The translations under genes were made by a program, and so were the position numbers. Shown here piece by piece: positions 1-10,724 of a stretch of 64,000 bases of DNA (positions are counted from its first letter, which is position 1; each line of letters starts with the position of its first letter). The stretch comes from an uncultured Chloroflexia bacterium. GTDB taxonomy: Bacteria; Chloroflexota; Anaerolineae; JAAYZQ01. Below the pieces are notes generated by a model. That model had not been told where the DNA came from. It saw nothing but the letters and a program-made list of their open reading frames with translations, and made no database searches. The DNA is taken from the NCBI GenBank assembly GCA_963700285.1, contig CAVOXA010000014.1:320001-384000 (forward strand), written 5' to 3'.

Positions 1-67
1 GCGGTACCAGCCTTGGCCTGGCGCCTGATTCCCAACCTGCCCGCAGCTGATAGGGGAGGACAGAGCC

Positions 68-1064
68 GTGCCTAGTTCCAAAAGACCGCTGCTGGACATG
101 TACCGTACCATGCTCACCATCCGCCGCTTCGAGGAGCGGTGCAACTACCTCTACATGCAGGGGCGGATCCCTTCGACGCTGCACCTCTACATTGGCCAGG
201 AGGCGGTGGCCACGGGGGTCTGCGCCAACCTGCGATGCGACGACTACCTGTTGAGCACGCACCGGCCCCACGGCCACGCCATCGCCAAGGGGGTAGCGCC
301 GCGGGCCATCATGGCCGAGCTGTTGGCCAAGACCACGGGCTGCTGCCAGGCCAAGGGCGGCTCGATGCACGTCGGCGACGTCAATGTGGGCATGTTCCCG
401 GCCATCGCCATCGTCGGCGGCAACGCACCCATCGCCGCCGGGACCGCCCTGGCCGCCAAGTGGCTCGACGCCGACCGGGTGACGGTCTGCTTCTTTGGCG
501 ACGGCGCGGCCAACGAGGGCGCCGTACACGAGGCGATGAACATGGCCGCCATCTGGGACCTACCGGTGGTCTATGTCTGCGAGAACAACCTGTACGCTGC
601 CTCGACGCCGGTTTCGACGACCTTCAAGATCGAGGACATCGCCGACCGGGCGGCTGCCTACGGCATGCCGGGAGTGATCGTCGATGGCAACGACGTGGAG
701 GCGGTCTACGAGGTTGCCGGGGAAGCCATCGCCCGCGCCCGACGCCGCGAGGGGCCGACGCTGGTCGAAGCCAAGACCTACCGCCAGTGCGGGCACTCGC
801 GCAGCGATCCACGCACCTATCGCTCCCAAGAGGAGGAGGCGCTGTGGGAGGCGCGGGACCCCATCCCCAGGCTGGCAGCGCGCCTCAAGGTGCTTGGAAC
901 TGGCCAGCGACGAGTGGCTGGCGGCGGTCGAGCAAGAGGTGGAAACGGTGGTAGACGAGGCTGTAGCCTTTGCGGAGACCAGCCCGTCGCCGGAGCCGGA
1001 GGACGCGCTCAAGCACGTCTTCTGGTCCCAGGCGCCGGATCTGGCGGAGGTGTCCCATGGCTAG
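68..1064 (+). CDS. TPP-dependent 2-oxoacid/acetoin dehydrogenase E1 alpha subunit (PdhA/AcoA family), one frameshift near 890
   Basis: HLYIGQEA, STHRPHGH, GKGGSMH-like AKGGSMH, TPP motif GDGAANEG...ENN, TYRQCGHS. The normal C-terminus (VDEAVAFAETSPSPEP) is in another frame ending at 1064. Confidence 0.9.
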
Positions 1065-2072
1065 AATGAGCATCGCCGAAGCCCTGCGCCAGGCCATCCG
1101 CGAGGAGATGCGCCGCGACCCCCGCGTATTCTGTATCGGCGAGGACATTGGCATCCAGGGTGGTTTCGGCGGCGCCTTCACGGTCACGCTGGGGCTGTCC
1201 GACGAGTTTGGCCACGAACGCATCCTGGACACGCCCATCTCCGAGGCCGGCCTCAGCGGGGTGGCCATCGGCGCGGCCATGGCCGGGCTGCGCCCTATCG
1301 CCGACGTGCAGTACGGCGATTTCCTGTTCTGCGCCATGGACCAGATCGCCAACCAGGCGGCCAAGATGACCTACATGTCGGGCGGCACGGTCAAGGTGCC
1401 CATGGTCATGCGCGTGCCGGTGGGCGCCACCCGCCGGGGCGCGCAGCACGCCCAGAGCCTGGAGGCTTTTTTCACCCACATTCCGGGGCTCAAGGTCGTG
1501 GCCCCGGCTACAGCCTACGACGCCAAGGGATTGCTCAAGAGCGCGGTACGCGACGACAACCCGGTGCTGGTCTTCGAGCACAAGCTGCTCTACGGCAGCA
1601 AGGGCCCCCGCTCCGAGCCGGGCGCCCTCAGCCCCATCGGCGAGGTGCCCGACGAGGAGTACCTGGTGCCCATCGGCCAGGGCATCGTGCGCCGCGAGGG
1701 GCAGAGATGTGACCATCGTCGGCAAGCTGCTGACCATGTACCGCGCCCTGGAGGCGGCCGAAACGCTGGCCCAGGAAGGGATCGAGGCCGAGGTCATCGA
1801 TCCCGCGCACCCTGGTACCGCTGGACAAGGAGCTGATCCTGGCCTCGGTGCGCAAGACCGGGCGGCTGGTCGTCGTCGAGGAGGACAACCTGACCGGCGG
1901 CTGGGCGGCCGATATCGCCGCCATCGTCGCCGACGAGGCCTTCTTCTGGCTCGACGCGCCCATCAAGCGCGTATCGGCGCCCGACACACCGGCGCCCTTT
2001 GCCCCGGTGATGGAACAATTCTACGTGCCCAGCACCCAGCGAGTCGTTGATGCCGTGCGTTCTCTCTTCTAG
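1057..2072 (+). CDS. 2-oxoacid/acetoin dehydrogenase E1 beta subunit (PdhB/AcoB family), frameshifts near 1700 and 1805
   Basis: [53 protein letters not shown] are spread over three ORF frames. ATG at 1057 overlaps the alpha stop and follows a GGAGG. Confidence 0.9.
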
Positions 2073-2165
2073 GGGGCACCGCCGGCGCCAGTACGCATCC
2101 ACTCGGGAGTCCCGAGCTTGCTCGGGCCGAAGGTATCCCCCCCGGCAAGCTGGGGACTCCCAGAG

Positions 2166-3605
2166 CTACAACCCAAGCCGGGAAGCCACGTACGGATTCA
2201 GGAACAGGGGCTGGACCAGCTCTGAGAACTTGGTCAGCCCGTGATTTTCAGCCACAAACTGAGGATCCATGAAATTGATCTTGCCCCAGTGGGCCTTGAA
2301 GGGAATCCCCTCCCGGACAAAGTGATCCCACAGACCCTGAAGGTGGGTACCGATCAGCGCCTTTTCTTCCATCGTCTCGCAGATATCGGTCAGGTACATG
2401 AAGTTGAGCTTTACGATGTAATCGAGGCCTTCCCAATTCCAGGGGGACATGAGATAGTTGTCCGTCTTGGAAAGCTCAATCTCGGTAGGGATGTTGGGCC
2501 AGCCATGTCTTTGGAAATAGGCTTCGCACTGGGCCAGGATCGCGTCCAGGTCCTGGGGCCTGAAGGACCACTCAGCCATGGCCACATGCAGCGGCGCCCG
2601 TCTGTCTACCGGCAGCATGTTACGCAACGGACCGGTGACATTGACCTTGTTCAGGTTGTAGAAGGCTGTCAGCAACTGGTAGACGACCTGCATGGTGCCG
2701 TCCAGCAGCGGGCCGGCGGATCCCCGGCGGATCCTGTCCCAAAGCATAAAGAGAAAGCTGAGTACACTCTCGGCTTCGTCGGGATCATAGTCACCCTCGG
2801 GCTTCGCTTGGTTCTTGGGGATCTGCTTCGCTGCCCACAGCAGCGCCTTGTCAGAATCTGGCATCCAGTTGACTCGCCAGAAATCATACTTTTCGGAGGT
2901 GGCCTCCAGGTCGCCCAACGCCTCTTCCATGGAGATCATTTTCATCGTCACCGCGAAAAAGAGCTCGTCGACAACCCTAAATTGTATTCTGGTGATGATG
3001 CCGATGGCACCGAGAGAGCATACCACCGCCGCAAAGGCTGGATCGGACCTTGCGACGCGGTGCTCCACCACCGATCCGGATGCCGGATCGACAGTAATAT
3101 ACTCGACCCAGTTTACCAGGTCATAGATTCCCTGTTTTGGTGAGGCCGGTGCGGTACTGGTCGACATGATGCCGGCCAGCGTCTGTGCGTTGGTGCCTCC
3201 GAGAGCGCCCAGCGACTTGCCGCGTTTGCCCAACTCCCCAAAGAACTCGTGGAGCGTCCAGTTTGCAGTAGCCGTCACCACCGAGTCGTCGTCCAAGTAT
3301 TCGATGGTTTTGGGCAAGCCGCCGACGTCGATGACGGCATCCGATACACAGATCTCGGAGCAAGAGTGGAGACTCCCCAGAACTCGGATGGAATCCACCC
3401 CGACGGTGCCATGCGCAACACCGGCCAAGAACCCTTTGAGCTCCTCTGTGGTTCGCGGCTTGTAGTACAAGCGCGGGCTGAACGAAACGAAATCAGACCA
3501 GTCACGGATGATAGGACCCACTTCCTCCTCTTCCATCGGGCCCCGTGTAGCCAGGGCGCGAGGAGCTAGCAATTGACCGGACAACAATCGATAGCTCTCA
3601 CTCAT
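2166..3605 (-). CDS. FAD-linked oxidase, D-arabinono-1,4-lactone/L-gulonolactone oxidase-like
   Basis: FAD-binding PCMH-type motifs (RVLGSLHS, QTLAGIMST, SLGAIGII) and C-terminal KAHWGK. GGAGG precedes the ATG at 3605. Confidence 0.8.
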   Translation of the reverse strand: MSESYRLLSGQLLAPRALATRGPMEEEEVGPIIRDWSDFVSFSPRLYYKPRTTEELKGFLAGVAHGTVGVDSIRVLGSLHSCSEICVSDAVIDVGGLPKTIEYLDDDSVVTATANWTLHEFFGELGKRGKSLGALGGTNAQTLAGIMSTSTAPASPKQGIYDLVNWVEYITVDPASGSVVEHRVARSDPAFAAVVCSLGAIGIITRIQFRVVDELFFAVTMKMISMEEALGDLEATSEKYDFWRVNWMPDSDKALLWAAKQIPKNQAKPEGDYDPDEAESVLSFLFMLWDRIRRGSAGPLLDGTMQVVYQLLTAFYNLNKVNVTGPLRNMLPVDRRAPLHVAMAEWSFRPQDLDAILAQCEAYFQRHGWPNIPTEIELSKTDNYLMSPWNWEGLDYIVKLNFMYLTDICETMEEKALIGTHLQGLWDHFVREGIPFKAHWGKINFMDPQFVAENHGLTKFSELVQPLFLNPYVASRLGL

Positions 3606-3934
3606 AGCATCTACCCTCCAGTCACAGATTGGTTGTTGGTCCTGTTCCACCTTGGAGTAGGGGCATCATTGCAGGGGCAGCATTATAACACAGTTTCCAA
3701 CTTTAGGCCAGTTGGGTACGATCTGCCAACAGGGTACCATAGGATCCGTCGTGGTTGGCCTGCGGATGAAGCTCTCAACGGCGCCCTCAAAGACCTCGCC
3801 TGGGTAAGGCGGGTTGACGCAGGCAATCTGGATGGCCAAGGGCCAGCATCAGGATCCAAGACCGGAGCGGAATCCGCAAGGCATCTTGTCGTTCAGGCGC
3901 GCCAGCGTCCATCTTTTCGATACACCTGGCATGG

Positions 3935-4125
3935 ACCCCAATACGTGTCCAAGGCTGGCATCAGTGGGCGCTAGAATGCCAGCCTCCCAATAGAGAAATC
4001 GGTGAACATCAGTGTGGCCAAAATGGCGCGGGCCAGGATGATGACGGGCAAGCCTATGCCCAGCAGCCAACTGGGAAGTTGGCCGCTGCCGATCAGCTCC
4101 GAGACACGGAGCCGGGTACCATTAG
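3935..4125 (-). pseudogene. Degraded fragment of a CPA1/NhaP-type cation:proton antiporter
   Basis: Minus-strand frames read LPSWLLGIGLPVIIL and WEAGILAPTDASLG, resembling NhaP-family LLGIGLPLT / LAPTDAALG motifs. Broken by a frameshift, with no start or end. Confidence 0.55.
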
Positions 4126-4154
4126 GGATAGGGGTCTTTCTGCGTCGGAAACTG

Positions 4155-4197
4155 AAAAAGCCCCCTCGGCATCGTAGGTAGACACCGAGGAGGCTTC
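4155..4197 (-). terminator. Rho-independent terminator of the DUF4203-like gene
   Basis: On the minus strand AAGCCTCCTCGG...CCGAGGGGGCTT is followed by a T run, about 30 nt after the stop at 4226. Confidence 0.75.
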
Positions 4198-4225
4198 TGT
4201 ATCCTTGGACTGGTCGCTCGCCCCT

Positions 4226-4879
4226 TTACCCAGACGGTTCTATAGCGGTGCTATAGTTGTCCCACTCCTCGACCTCGTAGGCATTGCTGGCTTTGAACTG
4301 GACAAAGATACCGGCGCCGGCCACAACCAGGAAGAACACCAGCCACAGGAACGAATTCTCGATGGCCATTCGTACGGGGTTTTCCATCAGCGCCAACGGC
4401 GGCAGGTCGGCGAATGCCGCCAGCATGGTGTAGATGATCACGCTAGTGCCCGCGGCGGCGGTGATGATGATGACAGCCCATTTCTGGATGTTGAAGCGCA
4501 ACACGACGAGGGCCAGCGCCACACCGACGACGATGCCGATGAGCCAGACGAGAAAGCCCCCCTCCAGCCCAATCGCCCCCAAGATGCCGACCGCCAGCCC
4601 ATAGCCCGCGGCGCCGGCCAGCAGGGCCACGGCCAGAAAGTAGAACAGGTAGGACAGTACGGCAAAGATGGCCCCCACGATAAAGCCCACGATCCAACTG
4701 GTAATGGTGGCCAGGAAGCCGACGCCAAATAGCCACTGGAGCGTCTGCGCGCCCAGGGCAAAGCCAAAGAAGAAGCCAAAGATCGGGAGCACGATCCACA
4801 TCAACCTGTAGCCCATAAAGGCCATAACCAGGCCAAACAGGACCGCGATCAAGCCCATGCACATCAGTTGGAACGCCAT
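4226..4879 (-). CDS. Multi-pass membrane protein, DUF4203/TMEM198-like
   Basis: About 7 Gly-rich hydrophobic helices, MGYRL...GFFFGF and AGIFVQF patterns, AAGGAGG RBS. Confidence 0.75.
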   Translation of the reverse strand: MAFQLMCMGLIAVLFGLVMAFMGYRLMWIVLPIFGFFFGFALGAQTLQWLFGVGFLATITSWIVGFIVGAIFAVLSYLFYFLAVALLAGAAGYGLAVGILGAIGLEGGFLVWLIGIVVGVALALVVLRFNIQKWAVIIITAAAGTSVIIYTMLAAFADLPPLALMENPVRMAIENSFLWLVFFLVVAGAGIFVQFKASNAYEVEEWDNYSTAIEPSG

Positions 4880-5181
4880 AATTCATCCTCCTTGTATTCA
4901 CTGATTCTATGATGGTTGCCCTTTGCTGCGATCGATCCTGACCTTAGAATGCGATTCGTCCCTCCTTTCTCGTGCTGCCGCCGAGGCCTCGTCTGGCATG
5001 AAATCGCCGGTCGGCAGACGGGGAAAGCCCGACCTCGAGCCGGCGGATGCCGCATCGCTGTCAGACCACAAAGACCGAAAAAACCAATTCCTGCTAAATG
5101 TAAAACCCCAAGCCAAGCCAAGGGTTACGCATCAGACTAGAGATCTATCTCAACAGGGATTCGTCGGGCATCCATAGAAAG

Positions 5182-5241
5182 CAACAGACCCCCGGAGTTC
5201 GTACGAGCCGACGGCTCGATCGAAACTCCGGGGGTCTGTTG
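5182..5241. repeat. REP-like palindrome / terminator hairpin downstream of the GH63 gene
   Basis: Perfect 18-bp inverted repeat CAACAGACCCCCGGAGTT/AACTCCGGGGGTCTGTTG with an inner CGAGCCG/CGGCTCG stem. Confidence 0.7.
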
Positions 5242-5265
5242 TGGGCATCGCGCCAAACGGCTGCG

Positions 5266-7974
5266 TCAGTCGTGGTAGGCGTAGACCGCCTGCTGGGCGC
5301 CCTCCAGGAATTGCTCGGCAGTGGTGGCCGCAAAGAGCTGGAGCAGTTTGGCAACAACCCCGGTCCAACCTGTCTGATGGCTGGCCCCAATGCCCGCGCC
5401 GTTGTCACCGTGAAAATACTCGTAGAACAGCAGATAGTCGCGCCAGTTGGGGTCGGTCTGGAACTTGGCCGCGCCGCCAAAGACCGGCCGCTGCCCCTCA
5501 TCGTCGCGCAGAAAGATGCGCGCCAACCGGTTGCCGATCTCTTCCGCTACCTGGTACAGGTTCATCTGCTGGCCTGAGCCGGTGGGACACTCTACGGTGA
5601 ACTCCGGGCCATAGTACAGATAGAAATTGAGCAGCGCACGGACGATCAGCACATTCATTGGCATCCAAACGGGGCCGCGCCAGTTGGAGTTGCCGCCAAA
5701 CATGCCGGTGTCCGACTCAGCGGGTAGGTACTCGACCCGATACTCCTCGCCGCCCCAGCGGAGGATAAAGGGATGCTCCAGGTGGTAGCGAGACAGGGAA
5801 CGGATGCCATGGGCGCTGAGGAACTCGTCCTCGTCCAGCATGCGCGCCAGCACCCTTCGCAGCTTGCGTTCGTCCAGGAGTGCTAGTAGATACCGGCCGC
5901 CATATCCAGGCTGGCTGGGCAGCACGATATTGGCCACAAGTTCCGGGCGCGCCTGAAGAAAGTGACTGGCCCGGTCCCTGAAGTGAGTGAGGGTTTCGAT
6001 GGATTCGGGTGCAAACACGGTCGCGGCGCACAGGGACAGGAGCCCTACCATCGAGCGGACCTTCAGCCGTCCGGCGCGGCCGTCGGGCAGACGCAGCAGG
6101 TCGTAGAAAAAGCCATCCTCCTCATCCCACATCTCGTCTTGGTTCTCGCCGACGCGGTCCATGGCCGCCGCGATCCACAAAAAGTGCTCGAAGAACTTGA
6201 CCGCCATCTGCTCATAGACCGGGTTGTGTTGGGCCAGCTCGATGGCCATCTCGAGCATATTCTGCGCAAAGAGCGCCATCCAGGCCGTGCCATCGGCCTG
6301 TTCGAGGTTGCCGCCGGTGGGCAATGGGGAGCTGCGGTCAAACACGCCGATGTTGTCCAGCCCCAGGAACCCGCCCTGAAACACATTGCGCCCGGTCAGA
6401 TCCTTCCGGTTCACCCACCAGGTGAAATTGAGCATCAGCTTGTGAAAGGCATTCTCCAGGAACTCGACGTCGGGCTGCCTGGCCAGCATCTGCTCGGTAT
6501 GGTAGTTAAAGAGCGTCGCCCAAGCATGCACCGGCGGGTTCACGTCGCCAAAGTTCCACTCGTAGGCCGGGATTTGACCGCTTGGGTGCAGGTAATGCTC
6601 GCGAAGCATCAGATCCAGTTGCTGCCGGCCAAAGGCTGGATCCACCATGTCGAGGGCCAGGGTATGGAAGGCCAGGTCCCAGGCAGCGTACCACGGATAC
6701 TCCCACTTGTCGGGCATGGAGATGACTTCTGCATTGAGCATGTGATACCAATCGTTGTTGCGCGCGGCCAGCTTCCTGGTTGGCGACAGCGGGTCGGCGC
6801 CGCGCTCCTCGAGCCAGCGGTCCACGTCGTAGTAGTAGTACTGCTTGGACCACAACATACCCGCCAACGCCTGCCGGATCACGCGAGCTGCATCGGGGTC
6901 CAGCGAATCAGGCGTGACGCCATCGTAGAACGCATCTGCCTCGCGCAGGCGCGCCTGCACGACCGACTCGAACTCCCGGCCGAAGGGCTTTGTCAGCGCG
7001 GCAGGCGCTATGCCGCTCAGGCGCAGGTGGAGGATGGTGCCCTGTCCCGGTTCGAGGGTCAGGTGGTAGTGGGCAGCAGCCTTGGTGCCTACCTGGCCGG
7101 GATTTACGGCGCCGGCCTGATCGTACACGATGTAGTTGTGGAACCCGTCCTTGACATAGGGGCTGGAGTTCGGCTGTCCCGAGATCCGCTCGGTGTTGGT
7201 CTCGTTTTCGGTGAAGAGCAGCGGAACCTGGCCCTCGCAGTACAAGTAGAGCTCACCCAACTCCTGGTGGCGGACGGCGACCGTGCTCACTCCCTTTGGG
7301 CCATCGACCCGTTGAAGGACCGGCTTGGGGGCAGCGTCGAACCACGACCACGTGTTTCGAAACCAGAGGGTGGGCAACACGTGCAGTTCGGCTGCCTCGG
7401 CGCCCCGGTTGACGACCTGGATGGCGATCAGCATGTCCTCTGGCGTGCTCTTGGCATACTCGACAAAGACATCAAAATAGCGATCGTCGTCGAACAGGCC
7501 GGTGTCGAGCAGCTCGTATTCTGGCTCATTGCGGCTGCGCGCGCGGTTGGTGCGCACCAGGTCTTCGTAGGGAAAGGCCATTTGCGGGTACTTGTAGAGA
7601 TACTTCATGTAGGAGTGAGTCGGCGTGCTATCGAGGTAAAAGTAGTACTCCTTTACGTCCTCGCCGTGGTTCCCCTCGCTGTTGGTCAGGCCAAACAACC
7701 GCTCCTTCAGGATCGGGTCCTGGCCATTCCACAGGCTGAGGGCAAAACAGAGAAGCTGCCGGTCGTCGCTGATGCCGCCGAGACCATCCTCGCCCCAGCG
7801 ATAGGCCCGGGAGCGGGCCTGGTCATGGCCAAAATCTGCCCAGGCGTTGCCATCAGCGCTATAGTCCTCGCGTACCGTACCCCACTGCCGCTCGCTCAGG
7901 TAGGGGCCCCACTTGCGCCAGGGTGCTCCTTGCTCATCTGCCTCCATGAGGCGGGTAACTTCTTGATTCTTCAT
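5266..7974 (-). CDS. GH63-like glucosidase (mannosyl-oligosaccharide glucosidase family)
   Basis: WGPYLSERQWGTVREDYS, GNHGEDVKE, SMPDKWEYPW, GFLGLDNIG, GNSNWRGPVW, EYFHGDNG..GASHQTGWT. The likely start is MKNQEV. Confidence 0.9.
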   Translation of the reverse strand: MKNQEVTRLMEADEQGAPWRKWGPYLSERQWGTVREDYSADGNAWADFGHDQARSRAYRWGEDGLGGISDDRQLLCFALSLWNGQDPILKERLFGLTNSEGNHGEDVKEYYFYLDSTPTHSYMKYLYKYPQMAFPYEDLVRTNRARSRNEPEYELLDTGLFDDDRYFDVFVEYAKSTPEDMLIAIQVVNRGAEAAELHVLPTLWFRNTWSWFDAAPKPVLQRVDGPKGVSTVAVRHQELGELYLYCEGQVPLLFTENETNTERISGQPNSSPYVKDGFHNYIVYDQAGAVNPGQVGTKAAAHYHLTLEPGQGTILHLRLSGIAPAALTKPFGREFESVVQARLREADAFYDGVTPDSLDPDAARVIRQALAGMLWSKQYYYYDVDRWLEERGADPLSPTRKLAARNNDWYHMLNAEVISMPDKWEYPWYAAWDLAFHTLALDMVDPAFGRQQLDLMLREHYLHPSGQIPAYEWNFGDVNPPVHAWATLFNYHTEQMLARQPDVEFLENAFHKLMLNFTWWVNRKDLTGRNVFQGGFLGLDNIGVFDRSSPLPTGGNLEQADGTAWMALFAQNMLEMAIELAQHNPVYEQMAVKFFEHFLWIAAAMDRVGENQDEMWDEEDGFFYDLLRLPDGRAGRLKVRSMVGLLSLCAATVFAPESIETLTHFRDRASHFLQARPELVANIVLPSQPGYGGRYLLALLDERKLRRVLARMLDEDEFLSAHGIRSLSRYHLEHPFILRWGGEEYRVEYLPAESDTGMFGGNSNWRGPVWMPMNVLIVRALLNFYLYYGPEFTVECPTGSGQQMNLYQVAEEIGNRLARIFLRDDEGQRPVFGGAAKFQTDPNWRDYLLFYEYFHGDNGAGIGASHQTGWTGVVAKLLQLFAATTAEQFLEGAQQAVYAYHD

Positions 7975-8169
7975 ATCGCCAACCCTTTCCATTTGTCTGC
8001 GTGATAGATTATCCACTTGGCCGCTTGTCATCCCGCCCGGCTGGGTCACAATCCGTCAGCCGCCCGGGCCCCGCCTGCCTTCCACCCGGAGACGCACCCG
8101 GAACCTCACCCGGCGACCACCCTGCCTGCCGCACCGATTGCAGACTGTGCCGGGCAGTTACCCAATACG

Positions 8170-8275
8170 AAAAACCCGGTTCCCGACCACCGGGAAGTGT
8201 CGCCACACAGGAGAACCCTCCTGAGCAGAAAGACACTTCCCTAGTGTGCTTCGGAAAGCGGGTTGCTCTTGTTTG
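8170..8275 (-). ncRNA. Candidate structured small RNA or 5' leader (long imperfect hairpin ending in a U tract)
   Basis: Nested complementary segments AACCCG/CGGGTT, GGGAAGTGTC/GACACTTCCC and CAGGAG/CTCCTG, followed by TTTTT, directly after a sigma70-like promoter. Confidence 0.4.
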
Positions 8276-8280
8276 AATCC

Positions 8281-8309
8281 CATATACCACCATTCCGTCC
8301 AAAATGCAA
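8281..8309 (-). promoter_or_regulatory. Sigma70-type promoter
   Basis: Minus strand TTGCAT-N17-TATATG with an extended TG. Confidence 0.5.
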
Positions 8310-8548
8310 ATTATCCTTGGGTCAATGCGGGATCCCTCTGCCCCACGTCGATGTACAGATCCCTCGTGTCGCAAGACTGATAGGTATGTAGTTGCCGCCC
8401 GTCTCTCCTTTGCGCTGCGGTTTCGCCCCCGGTTGGCGGCGGCAGCCACGCACGGGACTAGGTGGGGGTGGGCGCTAACTGCAGACGATCGCCCCCAGAA
8501 TTGGGATCCTCGTCGTGGCCTATTCGAACAAGGAAGGCCAAAGAGAAA

Positions 8549-8577
8549 TTGCCTTTTCGTAGCCCTGGTGGTATACT
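8549..8577 (+). promoter_or_regulatory. Sigma70-type promoter of the rhamnulokinase gene
   Basis: TTGCCT-N17-TATACT with an extended TG. Confidence 0.55.
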
Positions 8578-8684
8578 TCTGGGGCTAAGCAACCATTCCG
8601 CACCAGTTGGCAACGGCGCATGTCACCTTGGTGCCATGGTCCGCAGGACGCGTCCCGTGGACAGACACTTCAGGGGGAATAACC

Positions 8685-10169
8685 ATGGCTGATCTACAGT
8701 GCCTGGCTCTTGACCTCGGCGCGGAGAGTGGGCGGGCCATGCTGGGCCGGTTTGACGGGGAGAAGGTGCAGATCTCCGAGGTCCACCGTTTCCCCAACGT
8801 GCCGGTCTACGTACCGCACGGACTCCACTGGGACATCCTGCGCCTGTGGAGCGAAGTGAAGGTGGGCATCGCCCTGGCCGTCAGGGATCTGGGACCTGAC
8901 CTGGCCAGCGTGGGCATTGACACCTGGGGCGTAGACTTTGGCCTGCTGGGCCGTGACGGCGCCTTGATCGCCAACCCCTGCCACTATCGAGACAGCCGCA
9001 CCGACGGCATGCTGGACGAAGCTTTTCGCCGCGTGCCCCGCGCCGAGATATTCGAGCAGACGGGCATCCAGTTCCTACAGCTCAACAGCCTGTATCAACT
9101 CCTGTCCATGGCCACCAGCCACTCGCCACTGCTCGACATCGCCGCGACCTTTCTGACCATCCCCGACCTGCTCAACTACTGGCTGACCGGACAGGCAGTT
9201 TGCGAGTTCAGCAACGCGACGACGACCCAGTGCTCCAGCCCCCGTACCGGTGACTGGGCCAGGGGCATGCTGGAGCGCGTGGGCATTCCGTCTCACATTT
9301 TCCCCGAGATCGTGCCGCCGGGCACCGATCTGGGCCCGCTTCTGCCCCTTGCAGCGCAAGAAGTGGGGCTGTCGTCTGATACCGGACCCGCAGTCATCGC
9401 GCCCGCTTGCCACGACACAGGATCGGCCGTCGTAGCGGTGCCCGCCACAGAGCCCGGCTTTGCCTGGATCAGCTCCGGGACCTGGTCGGTGGTCGGCGCC
9501 GAGGTACGGGTGCCTGTCATCAACGCCCAGAGCCTGGCCCACAACTTTACCAACGAGGGCGGCGCCTGCGGTACCTACCGCTTCTCGCGCAACGTCATGG
9601 GCCTTTGGCTAGTACAGGAGTGCCGGCGCACGTGGGCCAGCCAGGGCGAGGAACACAGCTACAAAGACCTGGTCGGGATGGCGGAGAGGGCCGAGCCCTT
9701 CCAGGCCGTCATCGATCCGGATTATGTCGAATTCTTCAAGCCCGGCGACATGCCGGCCCGCATCCGCGACTACTGCCGGCTGACAGGCCAGCCAGCGCCT
9801 GGGAGCAAAGGTGCCGTCGTGCGCTGCGCGCTGGAGGGGATCGCCCTCAAATATCGCTGGGTGTTAGAGCGCCTGGAGGAGATGCTGGACCACCGCCTGG
9901 AGCCTCTATATATCGTCGGCGGCGGGACACAGAACCGGCTGCTATCGCAGTTCACGGCGGACGCAACAGGCAGGCAGGTAATCACGGGTCCCGTGGAAGC
10001 CACGGCTACCGGCAACATCCTGATGCAGATGCTGGCGCTGGGACGCATTGCCTCGCTGGCGGACGGTCGGGCTATCGTCCGCAGCTCTTTTGAGCTGTCG
10101 GTTTACGAACCGGACGCTGGCGACCGGTGGGACAACGCCTACGGACGCCTGCTGGCGCTACTGGAGTGA
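8685..10169 (+). CDS. rhaB: Rhamnulokinase / FGGY-family sugar kinase
   Basis: LALDLGAESGR, GIDTWGVDF, YRDSRT, HDTGSAV, ISSGTWS, FTNEGG, NVMGLWL, IVGGGTQN, GPVEATATGN. Confidence 0.9.
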   Translation: MADLQCLALDLGAESGRAMLGRFDGEKVQISEVHRFPNVPVYVPHGLHWDILRLWSEVKVGIALAVRDLGPDLASVGIDTWGVDFGLLGRDGALIANPCHYRDSRTDGMLDEAFRRVPRAEIFEQTGIQFLQLNSLYQLLSMATSHSPLLDIAATFLTIPDLLNYWLTGQAVCEFSNATTTQCSSPRTGDWARGMLERVGIPSHIFPEIVPPGTDLGPLLPLAAQEVGLSSDTGPAVIAPACHDTGSAVVAVPATEPGFAWISSGTWSVVGAEVRVPVINAQSLAHNFTNEGGACGTYRFSRNVMGLWLVQECRRTWASQGEEHSYKDLVGMAERAEPFQAVIDPDYVEFFKPGDMPARIRDYCRLTGQPAPGSKGAVVRCALEGIALKYRWVLERLEEMLDHRLEPLYIVGGGTQNRLLSQFTADATGRQVITGPVEATATGNILMQMLALGRIASLADGRAIVRSSFELSVYEPDAGDRWDNAYGRLLALLE

Positions 10170-10614
10170 TAGGGGCAGGCCGACGACCCGACCCACGGCA
10201 GACTCTTGCAGCGCCAGAGCATCTCAAGGCAACCAAAGCTTCCATTGGTCACAACGGTGATGGCAACGTCCTGTTTGTACCCTCGTGCAGAAAGAAGCCT
10301 GCAAGCGGTAGCGTATCAATTTCGGTGGAAATGCTGCCAAGCTGACTTGTCGTTCCCGCACATGCTTGCCCCCGAGCAGCCGGGGGATCGGGAATCCATA
10401 CCACCGGCAACCGTCACCGCTGCAGAGTGGATGCTCGCTAGAACCCCTTCGATGCCTCAGGGCAGGCATGCGGGCATGACAGGGTCGTTGGTGGATGCCA
10501 GCCAGAACCGTAGGAGAGAACCCTCGCCCTGGCTTACCTTCCTCTGCTACCGAATGGTAAAGCGCATCTATGAGCAGGGAAACGATACTGATACACTGCA
10601 ATACGATAGAAAAC

Positions 10615-10643
10615 TTGCCTTTTCTATAAATTCGCGGTATAAT
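10615..10643 (+). promoter_or_regulatory. Sigma70-type promoter
   Basis: TTGCCT-N17-TATAAT, about 80 nt upstream of the GAGGAGGAGG RBS. Confidence 0.65.
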
Positions 10644-10724
10644 CTTGGGTGAAAGGGCAGTGACGGCAGGCATGATCCTGACGTGAGTTGAGCAGCCCGC
10701 GGTACCGCGGCGAGGAGGAGGAAA

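Noticed and set aside
5962-8004. 680-aa plus-strand ORF
   Set aside because: Antisense shadow of the GH63 gene, typical of high-GC codon bias, with no motifs.
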